Shown: in pieces, positions 40,499-50,482 of the stretch
How the letters are laid out: each line of letters starts with the position of its first letter
Position numbering within the stretch: position 1 is the stretch's first letter
Origin: an uncultured bacterium
GTDB lineage: Bacteria; Acidobacteriota; HRBIN11; JAKEFK01
Length of the DNA: 64,000 nucleotides
Assembly (NCBI GenBank): GCA_963777505.1
Contig: CAVZQN010000003.1
Coordinates: 96,001-160,000, forward strand
Direction of reading: 5' to 3'
The notes under the pieces: generated by a model
Seen by the model: only the letters and a program-made list of their open reading frames with translations
Database searches by the model: none
What the model was told of the DNA's origin: nothing
Made by a program: the position numbers and the translations under genes

Positions 40499-40969
40499 AT
40501 GTCCGAACCCGGTACCGGTATGTCCAGTTTTTTAAAGGCAGCGATCGTGGTCATGATTGGATTCACTTTTTTTGGAACCATTCTATTGATTGCTGGATGG
40601 TACTGGTGGCGAAGTAATCAGAAAGGGATTATGCAAACTTCAACAAAGGCGAGACAAGAGGGAATGAAAATTGGGGAGAATCTTAATGAGCAGCAGTGTT
40701 TTGATACGTCAATTAAACGGACATCGGAAGGAGTTGGATTTACAGATATGATTTCGAATGGAGTTTTTCTCGGTGCTTGTTTGGAAAGCAGCAAACCCGT
40801 TGAAGGCTTTTGCAAGGATGTTCCAACTGAAACGGAATTTGTCCGCAGTATTCAGTGGCGCAAAAACAGGTGCAAAGAAATAAAACTTGAGCAAAATCAA
40901 TGTTCTGCATTGCTCAGCGTTGTTCAACGTTATTGTCATGAAGACCGGAAACGTCTCGGTAAGACATAA
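40499..40969 (+). CDS. Membrane-anchored Cys-rich hypothetical protein
   Basis: SD AGGAG; one TM helix; six Cys in the soluble part. Confidence 0.75.
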   Translation: MSEPGTGMSSFLKAAIVVMIGFTFFGTILLIAGWYWWRSNQKGIMQTSTKARQEGMKIGENLNEQQCFDTSIKRTSEGVGFTDMISNGVFLGACLESSKPVEGFCKDVPTETEFVRSIQWRKNRCKEIKLEQNQCSALLSVVQRYCHEDRKRLGKT

Positions 40970-41051
40970 TTGGGCCCAAGTCTGACAGGGCAAGCCCAAG
41001 TTTCTGATATATATTACGAGAAAGTATGGAAGTGCGTGGAGGAAATCGACT

Positions 41052-41930
41052 ATGAGATGGGAACGCGGTAGGCGCAGTGAGAATGTTGAAGACCGAAGGG
41101 GAATGGGTGGAATGGGCGGTGGAGGTTTCAAGCTTGGAGGATGTGGCCTCATATTACTAATAGCAATTGCTTTATTAACCAAGACAAATCCACTGCAGTT
41201 ATTAAGTCAAATCTTAAATCAGCAACCAGCGCCGCCCCAAAGTGGTCCCCAACAGATACCCGCAAACCCCGGAGAACCCCAGGCTTACGATGAGGAAAAG
41301 GAATTTGTCGCAAGCGTTTTAGGGGATCTGGAAGATACGTGGAGTAAGGTTTTTGCGCAAATGAATCGTACCTACGAGCCGGCAACTCTTGTTCTTTTTG
41401 AGCAAGCAACTCAATCAGGATGCGGATTTGGTTCCGCAGCAGTTGGGCCTTTTTACTGTCCTTTAGATAGAAAAGTTTATATCGATCTCGTTTTCTTCCG
41501 ACAGTTACATGAACGATTTGGAGCGCCAGGAGACTTTGCGCGAGCCTATGTTATTGCACATGAAGTAGGTCATCATGTTCAAAACCTGCTAGGAATTTCC
41601 AGTCAGGTTCAGGACTTGCAGCAGCGGGGCCCACAAGAGGATGCTAATTCGCTTTCGGTGCGATTAGAGTTACAAGCCGATTGTTTCGCAGGCGTTTGGG
41701 GCTTTCATTATGACAAATCAAAGAATCTACTGGAACCCGGTGATTTTGAGGAAGGACTTTCAGCAGCCGCAGCGGTCGGGGATGATAGAATCCAACAGGA
41801 CGCAGGTGGGTCCGTATCTCCTGAATCATGGACTCATGGATCTTCTGAAATGCGGAAACGATGGTTTGTTCAAGGATTTCAATCCGGACAGGTGAACAAC
41901 TGCAATACGTTCGAGACAAACCGGCTTTAG
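41052..41930 (+). CDS. Neutral zinc metallopeptidase (YpfJ family)
   Basis: SENVEDRRG, GPFYCP, AHEVGHHVQ, ELQADC, THGS. Confidence 0.93.
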   Translation: MRWERGRRSENVEDRRGMGGMGGGGFKLGGCGLILLIAIALLTKTNPLQLLSQILNQQPAPPQSGPQQIPANPGEPQAYDEEKEFVASVLGDLEDTWSKVFAQMNRTYEPATLVLFEQATQSGCGFGSAAVGPFYCPLDRKVYIDLVFFRQLHERFGAPGDFARAYVIAHEVGHHVQNLLGISSQVQDLQQRGPQEDANSLSVRLELQADCFAGVWGFHYDKSKNLLEPGDFEEGLSAAAAVGDDRIQQDAGGSVSPESWTHGSSEMRKRWFVQGFQSGQVNNCNTFETNRL

Positions 41931-41950
41931 TTAACCGCAAAGACTCAGAG

Positions 41951-42328
41951 TTATTCCTGAATTCTTCGATCCATCCTACGAAGGCGCTTTGCAAGGATCC
42001 GCATCATTTTTAATGCAAAAAACGGTGTCTGCTCAACCAGAAAACTAAACCGGTTTTCATCAATAATCGCTAATTTACAATCCGTGCGTGCAATGGCTGT
42101 TGCTGTACGCACATCCTTTTCAATCAATGCCATTTCACCAAACATTCCACAGGCTTCAACCGTTTCAACATGATCCCCATTTATATACAAGTCTACCTGG
42201 CCTTCAACAACTACATACATATAATCGCGAGGTTGACCGCTTTTAAACAATACAGTTCCTGCAGGATAAGACACACAACTATCATCTTTATCAAAAAGGT
42301 GAATCGTTGCATCGATTTCTTTTTCCAT
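41951..42328 (-). CDS. Stand-alone cyclic-nucleotide-binding domain protein
   Basis: MYVVVEGQV, FGEMALI, RTATA; no HTH. Confidence 0.88.
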   Translation of the reverse strand: MEKEIDATIHLFDKDDSCVSYPAGTVLFKSGQPRDYMYVVVEGQVDLYINGDHVETVEACGMFGEMALIEKDVRTATAIARTDCKLAIIDENRFSFLVEQTPFFALKMMRILAKRLRRMDRRIQE

Positions 42329-42471
42329 CCGTTTTCTCCTGAGGGAATTCGAGCACTATGATATTCAAAATATATTTCGTGATTGTTACAGGCAGGTTAA
42401 TTTATTTATGTATGTAAAAACTAATAGGCAGCGCGGACACTCGGCGTACTCGGGTTTTAAAAAATGGTTTT

Positions 42472-43542
42472 CTATCGGGACTTCACTTCAGTCCAGTATC
42501 GGTCTCGCAATTGTGCTGTTTCACCAGAGGGTGTGACCACGATTTCGAATCGTTTCATGAGTTCTGAATCAGGATAAATTGCGGGATTCCTTAACAACTC
42601 AAGCGGGATAAAAGCCTTTGCAGCTTCGTTCGCGGTTGGAAAATGATTAAAAGTTGTAACAGCTGCGCCGATTTTTGCACTCAAAAAGTAATTGATAAAT
42701 ATATGTGCTTCCCGTTTATGTGGAGCATTCCGTGGTATCGCTAGATAATCTATAGAAACGGCGCTTCCTTCTTTTGGAATAGCAAAAGCAATGTTCGGAT
42801 TACGCTCAATAATTTTTGCAATGTCGCCATTCCAACCATGAGCAATCCAAACATCTCCAGCAGCCAGAATTTCATCATAACTGGTGCTGTTATAAACCTT
42901 TACTAAAGGCTTTTGGCGGAGCAAAGCATCTCGCGCGGCCTGTAACTCTTCGCGCTTTTGAGTATTTAACGAATAGCCCATCCATTTTAGAGCCACAGCA
43001 AAGCAATCCATCGGATCGTCCAGCATCAGGATTTTGTCTTTATATTTTGGATTCCAAAGAATTCCCCAGGAATCAACAGTCTCCTTCACTTTTGTCCGGT
43101 CATATCCGATGCCTGCAAAGGACCACAAAAAAGGCGCGGAATATCGTGATTCAGGATCGAACTCCGATTTGCGAAAACGTTCAGCTGTATTGGAAAGATT
43201 ATGCAGTTGGGAATGATCAAGTGAGTCCAGCAATTTGGAACTGATCAATGCTTTCAAAATGTAATCACTCGGATTTACTACATCGTAATCGGATACCCCT
43301 GCCATTAGCTTTTCCATCAATTCTTCATTGGATGCGTAGGTATCAAGTTGGACTTCAATTCCAGTATCTTTTGTAAATTGAAGCAGCTTATCTGGCGGAA
43401 AATAATTTACCCAGCCATAGAGATTGACACGTCTGGATGATTCACTGGTTGCTCCCCCGCATGAAATTATCAGAGCTGACAAAAGGAGCGTCAGAAAAAT
43501 GGAGGCTACTTTTCGCAAAATGAAACGTAAAAGTACGTCCAT
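42472..43542 (-). CDS. potD: Spermidine/putrescine ABC substrate-binding lipoprotein (PotD/PotF-like), orphan
   Basis: Lipobox IISC; YGWVNY, SNEEL, YDVVNPSDY, WNGD, PKEG. Confidence 0.8.
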   Translation of the reverse strand: MDVLLRFILRKVASIFLTLLLSALIISCGGATSESSRRVNLYGWVNYFPPDKLLQFTKDTGIEVQLDTYASNEELMEKLMAGVSDYDVVNPSDYILKALISSKLLDSLDHSQLHNLSNTAERFRKSEFDPESRYSAPFLWSFAGIGYDRTKVKETVDSWGILWNPKYKDKILMLDDPMDCFAVALKWMGYSLNTQKREELQAARDALLRQKPLVKVYNSTSYDEILAAGDVWIAHGWNGDIAKIIERNPNIAFAIPKEGSAVSIDYLAIPRNAPHKREAHIFINYFLSAKIGAAVTTFNHFPTANEAAKAFIPLELLRNPAIYPDSELMKRFEIVVTPSGETAQLRDRYWTEVKSR

Positions 43543-43567
43543 GAAATTGAATAAATCCTAACAGATC

Positions 43568-43676
43568 GGAGCGCAGGCTTCCAGCCTGCATTTCGGGCCG
43601 CGGACTTCTAGTCCGCAATTTTTTTCGCAGGCAAGATGCCTGCGGTCCTTAATGCGGACAAAGATGTCCGCGCCCC
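43568..43676. repeat. Composite four-hairpin REP element, inverse copy of 3769-3871
   Basis: GGAGCGCAGGCTTCCAGCCTGCATTTCGGGCCGCGGACTTC... matches the reverse complement of the first copy. Confidence 0.85.
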
Positions 43677-43680
43677 TAAT

Positions 43681-44331
43681 CTAACTGCGGCTGTAATTTG
43701 TAACACAGTCAGGAATCGGAGCATTTTCCGCAACACGATCGTCTTTTATTGGAGTGCCAGGAACGAGACGCAACGGCAGCACACCTGCCCAAATTGGAAG
43801 AGCATAATCTGGTTCATCATCGATTGGCGGACCGGTACGCACTTTAGCCGATACTTCTTCCAAAGCTAACTTCAACACAAGAGTAGCTTTCATTTCTTGC
43901 TCATCTGGTAATCGCACTTCATCCCAGCGGCCGGGAATAATGTGTTCGCTCAAAGCGCGAAGTGCTTCGATTTTTTCTGCGGGATCTTCAACGGGAAATG
44001 CTTTTCCTAAAACGACAACAGATCGATAGTTCATTGAGTGATGAAAGGCAGAGCGTGCGAGTACGAGTCCATCCACAAGAGTCACTGTCAAACAAACGTC
44101 GACACCGGAAGAGAGTGTTCGAAGCATTCTACTTGCCGATGATCCATGAATGTACAGAGTTTGATCGACTCGTGCATACCCTGTAGGAATTACGAGTGGA
44201 CGTCCCTCGACTGTGAATCCAACGTGGCAAACAAATCCTTCATCCAGAATTGCATGCACAGTCTCGTGACTGTAATCACCGCGTTTTGGCAGCCGCTTTA
44301 ATGTGGTTCGATCCGTTATGGTGTATTGCAT
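43681..44331 (-). CDS. Pyridoxamine 5'-phosphate oxidase-like flavin-binding protein (NimA-like)
   Basis: ILDEGFVCHVGF, YIHGS, DGLVLARSAFHHSMNYRS, SAKVRTGPP. Confidence 0.9.
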   Translation of the reverse strand: MQYTITDRTTLKRLPKRGDYSHETVHAILDEGFVCHVGFTVEGRPLVIPTGYARVDQTLYIHGSSASRMLRTLSSGVDVCLTVTLVDGLVLARSAFHHSMNYRSVVVLGKAFPVEDPAEKIEALRALSEHIIPGRWDEVRLPDEQEMKATLVLKLALEEVSAKVRTGPPIDDEPDYALPIWAGVLPLRLVPGTPIKDDRVAENAPIPDCVTNYSRS

Positions 44332-44359
44332 AGTCATTTCCTCAACATAAAAGTACCGC

Positions 44360-44411
44360 CAAAAGTGGACTTGTACAATATCCACTTTTGATCTAAAATG
44401 ACAGTCCACTT
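44360..44411. promoter_or_regulatory. MocR/PdxR-type operator (inverted pair plus third direct motif)
   Basis: CAAAAGTGGA-N11-TCCACTTTTG and a third TCCACTT abutting the regulator ATG. Confidence 0.7.
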
Positions 44412-45866
44412 ATGGAGCTAGCAATTCGGCTCAATTCAAAATCTGCTGAGGCGATGTATTCCCAATTGTATGACGCCTTACGGCAGAAAATTCTCTCAGG
44501 ACTGCTATCGCCTGGGCAAAAGCTTCCTTCAACCCGGGCCCTTGCTGAAAGCCTAGGAATATCAAGAACGACAGTTTCACTTTCCTATGAACAACTGATT
44601 AGCGAAGGATATATAGAACCCACTGCAGGCTCCGGTACATATGTCAGCAAGCATTTGCCTGAAGACATGCTGCAGACAACGAAACGCAATCCAGCGTTTT
44701 CGAATAGGCTTCATTCAAATCTCAGCAAGTTAGGAAACATGCTTGCAGAAGAAGGCCCATATGAAACTCGGATTGACCCTGCACTTTTTTTATTTCGTCA
44801 TGGAAGGCCTGATTACAGCGTTTTTCCATTAAGAAGATGGCGCAGAATTCTATTTCGTCATTGCCGTTCGCTTCAGCCGGAAATGCTGGATTACAGTTCG
44901 GACTCGCGTGGATATTTACCTTTGCGCGAGGCGATCGCGCGTTATCTTGGACGCTCGCGTGATGTACGTTGTCATCCGGATCAGATTGTAATCGTAAATG
45001 GATCTCAACAAGGTCTTGATCTAATTGCGCGAGTAACATTGAATGCAGGAGATCGAGTTGCAGTTGAAGATCCAGGGTACCTCGGTGCACGCCGGGCATT
45101 TCAGGCATCCGGTGCATTGTTACAACCTGTACCTCTTGATCATTCCGGTATTAAAGTTGTCCGGCTTTTACGATTCAAAAATATCCGCCTCGTTTATGTA
45201 ACCCCATCTCATCAATTTCCCGCCGGTCAAGTTTTATCTTTAACCAGACGGCTGGAGTTGTTGCAATGGGCAAAGCGGAATGATGCATGGATTATTGAAG
45301 ACGATTATGACAGTGAATATCGCTATGAAGGGAAGCCGATTCCTGCGCTTCAAGGACTTGATGAATCTTCTTCTGTCATTTATGTTGGAACCTTCTCGAA
45401 AGTTCTTTATCCTGCATTGCGCGTTGGTTACGTTGTGATTCCAGAGAAATTAGGACCTGTATTTGCGAGAGCAAAATGGTTAACAGATCGTCAAACACCC
45501 TTGCTCGAACAGTTTGCGCTTGCTGATTTCATCAATGAAGGATATTTGGATCGACATATCAGAAAAACGCGCAAACTTTATAATCGCCGGCGGCAAGTCC
45601 TGGCGGAAGCATTACAAAAAGAATTCGGCAAAAAGGTAAAGATTCATGGCGGAAATGCCGGAATGCATGTCTTAATCCGTTTTAATTTGAAGTTATCTGA
45701 CAATGAAATTGTCAGGCGCGCTGCTGAAAATCAAGTAAATCTTGTGAGTGCGCGTCCATACTATTTAAGGAATGCACCTTCCGGTGAATTCATTTTTGGT
45801 TATGCAAATCTGCTGGAATCCAAAATCCGTGAAGGCGTTCAACGGCTGGCGAAGGCCATTTTGTAA
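44412..45866 (+). CDS. pdxR: MocR/PdxR family PLP-dependent GntR regulator
   Basis: wHTH LPSTRALA...SRTTV; aminotransferase-like YVTPSHQFP, IIEDDYD, GTFSK. Confidence 0.88.
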   Translation: MELAIRLNSKSAEAMYSQLYDALRQKILSGLLSPGQKLPSTRALAESLGISRTTVSLSYEQLISEGYIEPTAGSGTYVSKHLPEDMLQTTKRNPAFSNRLHSNLSKLGNMLAEEGPYETRIDPALFLFRHGRPDYSVFPLRRWRRILFRHCRSLQPEMLDYSSDSRGYLPLREAIARYLGRSRDVRCHPDQIVIVNGSQQGLDLIARVTLNAGDRVAVEDPGYLGARRAFQASGALLQPVPLDHSGIKVVRLLRFKNIRLVYVTPSHQFPAGQVLSLTRRLELLQWAKRNDAWIIEDDYDSEYRYEGKPIPALQGLDESSSVIYVGTFSKVLYPALRVGYVVIPEKLGPVFARAKWLTDRQTPLLEQFALADFINEGYLDRHIRKTRKLYNRRRQVLAEALQKEFGKKVKIHGGNAGMHVLIRFNLKLSDNEIVRRAAENQVNLVSARPYYLRNAPSGEFIFGYANLLESKIREGVQRLAKAIL

Positions 45867-45880
45867 CGCCGGTATCCTTA

Positions 45881-48130
45881 CTACAAACGGGAAAGGACTC
45901 TTTGCAATTCCACAATTTCAGCGCGGATCGCCGGCGATTGGCTTTTCTCCTGCGCCATCCTTTGAATCTCCAGCGCTTCTATATAGTGTCCATACTGCCT
46001 CAGAACAAAACCGTACATATATAAACCCTCCGGATCATCCGGATTTCTTTCTGATAAAGTCCGGAATAATGTAAGAATTTCTTGTTCCATCAGCGCAGGA
46101 TCAAGTGATTTCCGGAGCGCTTCGCGATAAATTTCCGCCGCCATATGAAATTGTTCCGTTCTAGACATTCCTGCTGCAAGCATGACCCTTATTCTGCGCG
46201 ATTCGGGGAGTTTTCCAACAAGGTAAGATAAGGAATGCATTGCTGTGTTCGTTTTCCCAAAATCCAATGCAGCCTGACCAAGAAAAAATTGCGCATCAAT
46301 ATCATCAAAATAGCGGAACAGTTGGTTCCGCCTCGATTTTTCTCCGGTAATTATAGCGAGAGCCGATAAACACCATGGATCACCCGGTGCACGTACTAAA
46401 GCATCACGTAGTCTTTTTTCGGCTTCTTTCTGATTTCCTCTGAGCCAGGAAGATCGTGCCAAAAAGTACAACGGCTGGGAAGATTGATATTGATCAAGTT
46501 TGAAAGAAACTCCGGATTTCAGAACTTCTCTCAGTGAGATTTCAGCCTCACCAGGTCGATTTGCATAAATACAAACCACTCCTCTTCCAAATAAACCTTG
46601 TGGAGTATCGACCGGAATGTAAGCTAACGCGGAAGAAAAATAATCAACATCGATGAAAGGCAGATATGCAGGACGACGTAAATCCAACAGGAAAGGTGCA
46701 GCTGCGAGAGATCGTGATGCATTTTCTGAAGCTTCCTCCCACTGCTCTGCGGTTCGGTTCCGATAAGCATTTGCGATGTGTTGATTTGATATCCGGATAC
46801 TGCGTTTCAGCCACGTTTCTTCATTCATCAATTCTGTTTTTGCAAAAAATACCCAGGCTAGCGGAAAAACGATTAAAATCCAGATTAGTTTTTTATACGA
46901 ACTATAAAAGGCAGAAACTGCAGCACACATAAAAATGAAGAAAAGAGGAAGAATCGCAATACGTTGTTGTGCTGAAATATTAACAATAATCATGAATAAC
47001 AGTTGCCAGATAAAAGCGACATAGATCAACAGCCATTTTCGCCATTGCCTCCATCCCAGAAACATCCCCGTTAAACCCAGGGCTGATACGATCGCGAATG
47101 GTACTGCGGGTATACCGAATTCACGGAGATAATTTTCAGTTCCGAATGCAACCGGCGACTCATGCCATTGATATTCATGGAAAAAATAACGAATCTTGTT
47201 GCTCATCATTTTCATCAAGTAGTTCGGATGATCCTTTCCAAAGTGAACAGCTTTCGTCAGCCAATATCGATTTACTTCCGAAAAAGTAAGATCCAACCCG
47301 GTTATGGAGCGAGCAAAATTCCGATAGACGTCCGTTGTATAACCAGCCTCTCCCGGTTTTAGTGTTAGTGCTTCATCTACCATTGGAAGTGGAACGGCAA
47401 CAGCTCCCTGAGTCAAAGGATTGTTTGCTTCATAAATAGCGATACCTGGATTCATCCAAACGAATGAGAAATAGCCCGTGATGAATGCAGTATGGATTAT
47501 CAGAAAAGTGATTGCAGCCATTGCGGGCAATCCACAAAACAAAATCGACTTTGAGACTGAACGTCCTTCAATGCGATTGAAAAAAGAGTACACGGGGATA
47601 ATTGCAACTAAAGGTGCGAAGTTCGGACGAGTGAGTATTGCGAGCGCAAGAAATACTCCTGCGAGAAGATGGCTCTTTTGAGATGATGCTCCGGCAAAAT
47701 AAAGAAACATTAGAAGAAAGAAGAGTAAAAAGGGTTCAGGTTCGAGCAGTTGCGTATAAACTATTAAACTTCGCTGCAGCAGCAGTGCGATAGTCGCCGT
47801 CACTGAGAGCCATAGTGGAAAAAAACGCAAAACAAAGTGAAAAAATACGAAGATTGCTCCGGCTGTTAAAGCAATTTGAAACCATTGCACAGGCACATCA
47901 GGATGCTTGAAAAAGCGCAAGGCGTTTACATGTACTTGTAAGTAAAGGGGACTTAAATCTAATATGCGTTCATCTGCAAGTCTGCCATTTTTGTAATCTT
48001 CCGCTGCTTTCATGTACTTTTGTGACTGTGTCGGCGGAAGTAATCCAAAGATAATGATTGAATAAAAAGAAAATGCAGCGGCAAGAAGTATGATTGAAAC
48101 AATCCCGATAATATTTCGCTGAGCTGACAT
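45881..48130 (-). CDS. GT-C (ArnT/PMT-like) membrane glycosyltransferase with C-terminal TPR-like region
   Basis: SPLY, LLEPE, LAILTRPN, TM block followed by helical repeats. Confidence 0.65.
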   Translation of the reverse strand: MSAQRNIIGIVSIILLAAAFSFYSIIIFGLLPPTQSQKYMKAAEDYKNGRLADERILDLSPLYLQVHVNALRFFKHPDVPVQWFQIALTAGAIFVFFHFVLRFFPLWLSVTATIALLLQRSLIVYTQLLEPEPFLLFFLLMFLYFAGASSQKSHLLAGVFLALAILTRPNFAPLVAIIPVYSFFNRIEGRSVSKSILFCGLPAMAAITFLIIHTAFITGYFSFVWMNPGIAIYEANNPLTQGAVAVPLPMVDEALTLKPGEAGYTTDVYRNFARSITGLDLTFSEVNRYWLTKAVHFGKDHPNYLMKMMSNKIRYFFHEYQWHESPVAFGTENYLREFGIPAVPFAIVSALGLTGMFLGWRQWRKWLLIYVAFIWQLLFMIIVNISAQQRIAILPLFFIFMCAAVSAFYSSYKKLIWILIVFPLAWVFFAKTELMNEETWLKRSIRISNQHIANAYRNRTAEQWEEASENASRSLAAAPFLLDLRRPAYLPFIDVDYFSSALAYIPVDTPQGLFGRGVVCIYANRPGEAEISLREVLKSGVSFKLDQYQSSQPLYFLARSSWLRGNQKEAEKRLRDALVRAPGDPWCLSALAIITGEKSRRNQLFRYFDDIDAQFFLGQAALDFGKTNTAMHSLSYLVGKLPESRRIRVMLAAGMSRTEQFHMAAEIYREALRKSLDPALMEQEILTLFRTLSERNPDDPEGLYMYGFVLRQYGHYIEALEIQRMAQEKSQSPAIRAEIVELQRVLSRL

Positions 48131-48135
48131 AAAAG

Positions 48136-48180
48136 ATCAAAAATGAAAGATCAAAAATCAAAAATGAAAAAGCAAAAAAT
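48136..48180. repeat. Degenerate heptamer tandem repeat (ATCAAAA-like)
   Basis: gatcaaaaatgaaagatcaaaaatcaaaaatgaaaaagcaaaaaat. Confidence 0.55.
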
Positions 48181-48243
48181 GGTTCAATACACACAAGCTA
48201 GTATAATTGCTACTTCGCCAGGGAGCGACACATCTAAGAATTA

Positions 48244-49978
48244 ATGAAAGTATTTTTGAGGCAGCAGACATTATTTGAGTTATTGTCCGTTATTATCGCA
48301 AGTCTTCTTCTAACGACTTATTTCTTGGAACTCTGGAACGTTGATTGGCGTATCCCTTTCCAATATTCCGGCGGAGATGCGTTCCAATCGCATGCCGTAT
48401 TCAAAAGTATCATTGATACTGGAACGTATTTAGAGAACCCGTTTCTTGGTGCACCCGGCAAGCTTGAATATTATGATTTTCCTCGCACAGACCACATTCA
48501 AGTTATCATCGCGCGCGATTCTTTCCTGGTTCTCGTCGGATTTCGCTTTAAACATAAACATCTTTTTCGTCCTTACATTTCCATTAACGGCTGCAATTGC
48601 CTTTCAGGTTCTTCGGTATTTCGGAATTTCATTTTTATCAGCATTCGTTTGTAGCCTGCTTTATACGATGCTTCCTTTTCATTTTATTCGCGGGCAGAGC
48701 CATCTTTTCTTGAATTTCTATTCTTTTATTCCACTAGGCATAGCGCTTGCGTTATGGGTGGGACGTGATGAGTTATTTCTCAAAAAAAATTCAAGAGACA
48801 AATTGCGGCCGACTAAGGTCGGATTGGTAGCGATTCTATTTTGCTTTCTTATCGCATCGGCAGGCACTTATTACACGTTTTTTTCATGCTTCGCTGTTTT
48901 TATCGCGGCATTATATGCGTTTTTCAAAAATCGAAATCGGTCACATCTTTATAAGGCAGGATTTACTGTTTTGCTTTTGGTCGGTTTTGCGCTGATCAAC
49001 CTGATTCCTGTGCTGCAATACTGGCAGCGTGAAGGGAAAAATCCTACTGTAGCAACACGGCCTGTTTTTGAAGCTGAGCTGTATTCGTTGAAGCTGGTTG
49101 GATTGCTGCTTCCAGCAAATGGTCATCGCGTCGCGCAGCTAAATAAGATGATGAGGCAATATCCGTCGTCATTGATAAAAGAGAATTACGCCGCGTATTT
49201 GGGTCTTGTTGGAGTTGCTGGATTTCTGATTCTTTTGAAGTGGTTATTTTTTGCACCCGCAAGCCCAGGCATAAATGAATTACAAGAACGCCTCGCAGTT
49301 CTGAATGGTAGTTTTGTTTTGCTTGGACTCTCTGGTGGAATCGGTCCATTGTTTGCATTTGTTTTTTTCAGCCAGATACGTGCCTATACCAGAGTCAGTA
49401 TTTTTATCGGATTTATCGCCCTCTTTGCGGTTGGAATCGTTCTTGATCAGTTGCGGACTCATTTCTCGAAATCAAAACGCAGCAGTCTGATCGCTGCCTT
49501 TGGTTTGTTCGCAATTCTTGCGATCGGATTGTGGGATCAAACAATTCCGGCGTATGCGGTAAAAAAGCCAAAACAGATCGATGACTTTAAAAGTGATGCA
49601 TCGTTCGTAAAACAAATTGAATCAATGCTGCCTCACGGAGAAAGCATTTTTCAACTTCCGTATCATTCATTTCCAGAAGCTGCAGGAAAGCATCGCATGA
49701 AGGACTATGATCATTTTCGCGGCTACCTTCATTCGTCTGAGTTACGATGGAGTTATGGAGCAATCAGAGGGAGAAAATGGGATACATGGCAGCATCAAAT
49801 AGAAATGCTCCCAATGCCGGAGTTTCTGCAATCTCTAAGGGCGGCTGGTTTTCGCGGACTGTACTTTGACCGTTTTGGATATCAACGAAGATCGAATAAG
49901 GAAAATGAGTTGAAGTTGCAGCTTGGAGAACCGGTTCTTGAAAGCAAGGATCGCCGTCTGATCTTTTTTTTACTCTAA
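48244..49978 (+). CDS. Multi-TM glycan-modifying membrane protein (GT-C-like), split by a +1 frameshift near 48518
   Basis: YSGGD...NPFLGAP...DFP in frame 1 joins ILSWFSSDF...PFHFIRGQSH...IRAYTR...WSYGAIRGR. Confidence 0.7.
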
Positions 49979-49988
49979 TATTATACAA

Positions 49989-50393
49989 TCAATGTTGTCT
50001 ATTAATCCCACTTAAGAATTCTTCAATCGATTTTGGAAGGCTATTCATATCGCAAGGTTTGTTGAGAAATCGTATCGATTCTGATGGTAGCCTGGAAAGG
50101 TGCGGGAACTGATCTTGTGAATATGCCGTCAGAAAAATAATCGGAACTTGCTTAAAATTACTATAAATTGATAGAGCCGCATGGATACCATCCGTTTTTC
50201 CCGCGAGTTTGACATCCATGATAATGAGATCAGGATTGATCAGGGAACATCTGGAGACTGCTTCCTCTCCGGATGAAATAATGTCCGGGACAACGTAACC
50301 GGCGTCTTGAATTATTTCTCTCATATTTTCTGCAACAAGCACTTCATCTTCTACAATCAACACTTTTAGTTTTCTACTCGCTTTCGTTTTCAA
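49989..50393 (-). CDS. Single-domain response regulator
   Basis: IVEDE, IMDVKL, FLTAY, NKP. Confidence 0.92.
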   Translation of the reverse strand: MKTKASRKLKVLIVEDEVLVAENMREIIQDAGYVVPDIISSGEEAVSRCSLINPDLIIMDVKLAGKTDGIHAALSIYSNFKQVPIIFLTAYSQDQFPHLSRLPSESIRFLNKPCDMNSLPKSIEEFLSGINRQH

Positions 50394-50482
50394 ATCAACG
50401 GAATCTTCCTTTCTGATATTCTGCTTAGATGAACCAGCAGATAAATTCCGTTTCGAGCGGTGTCAGTTCCCTGGTTGGCAAA

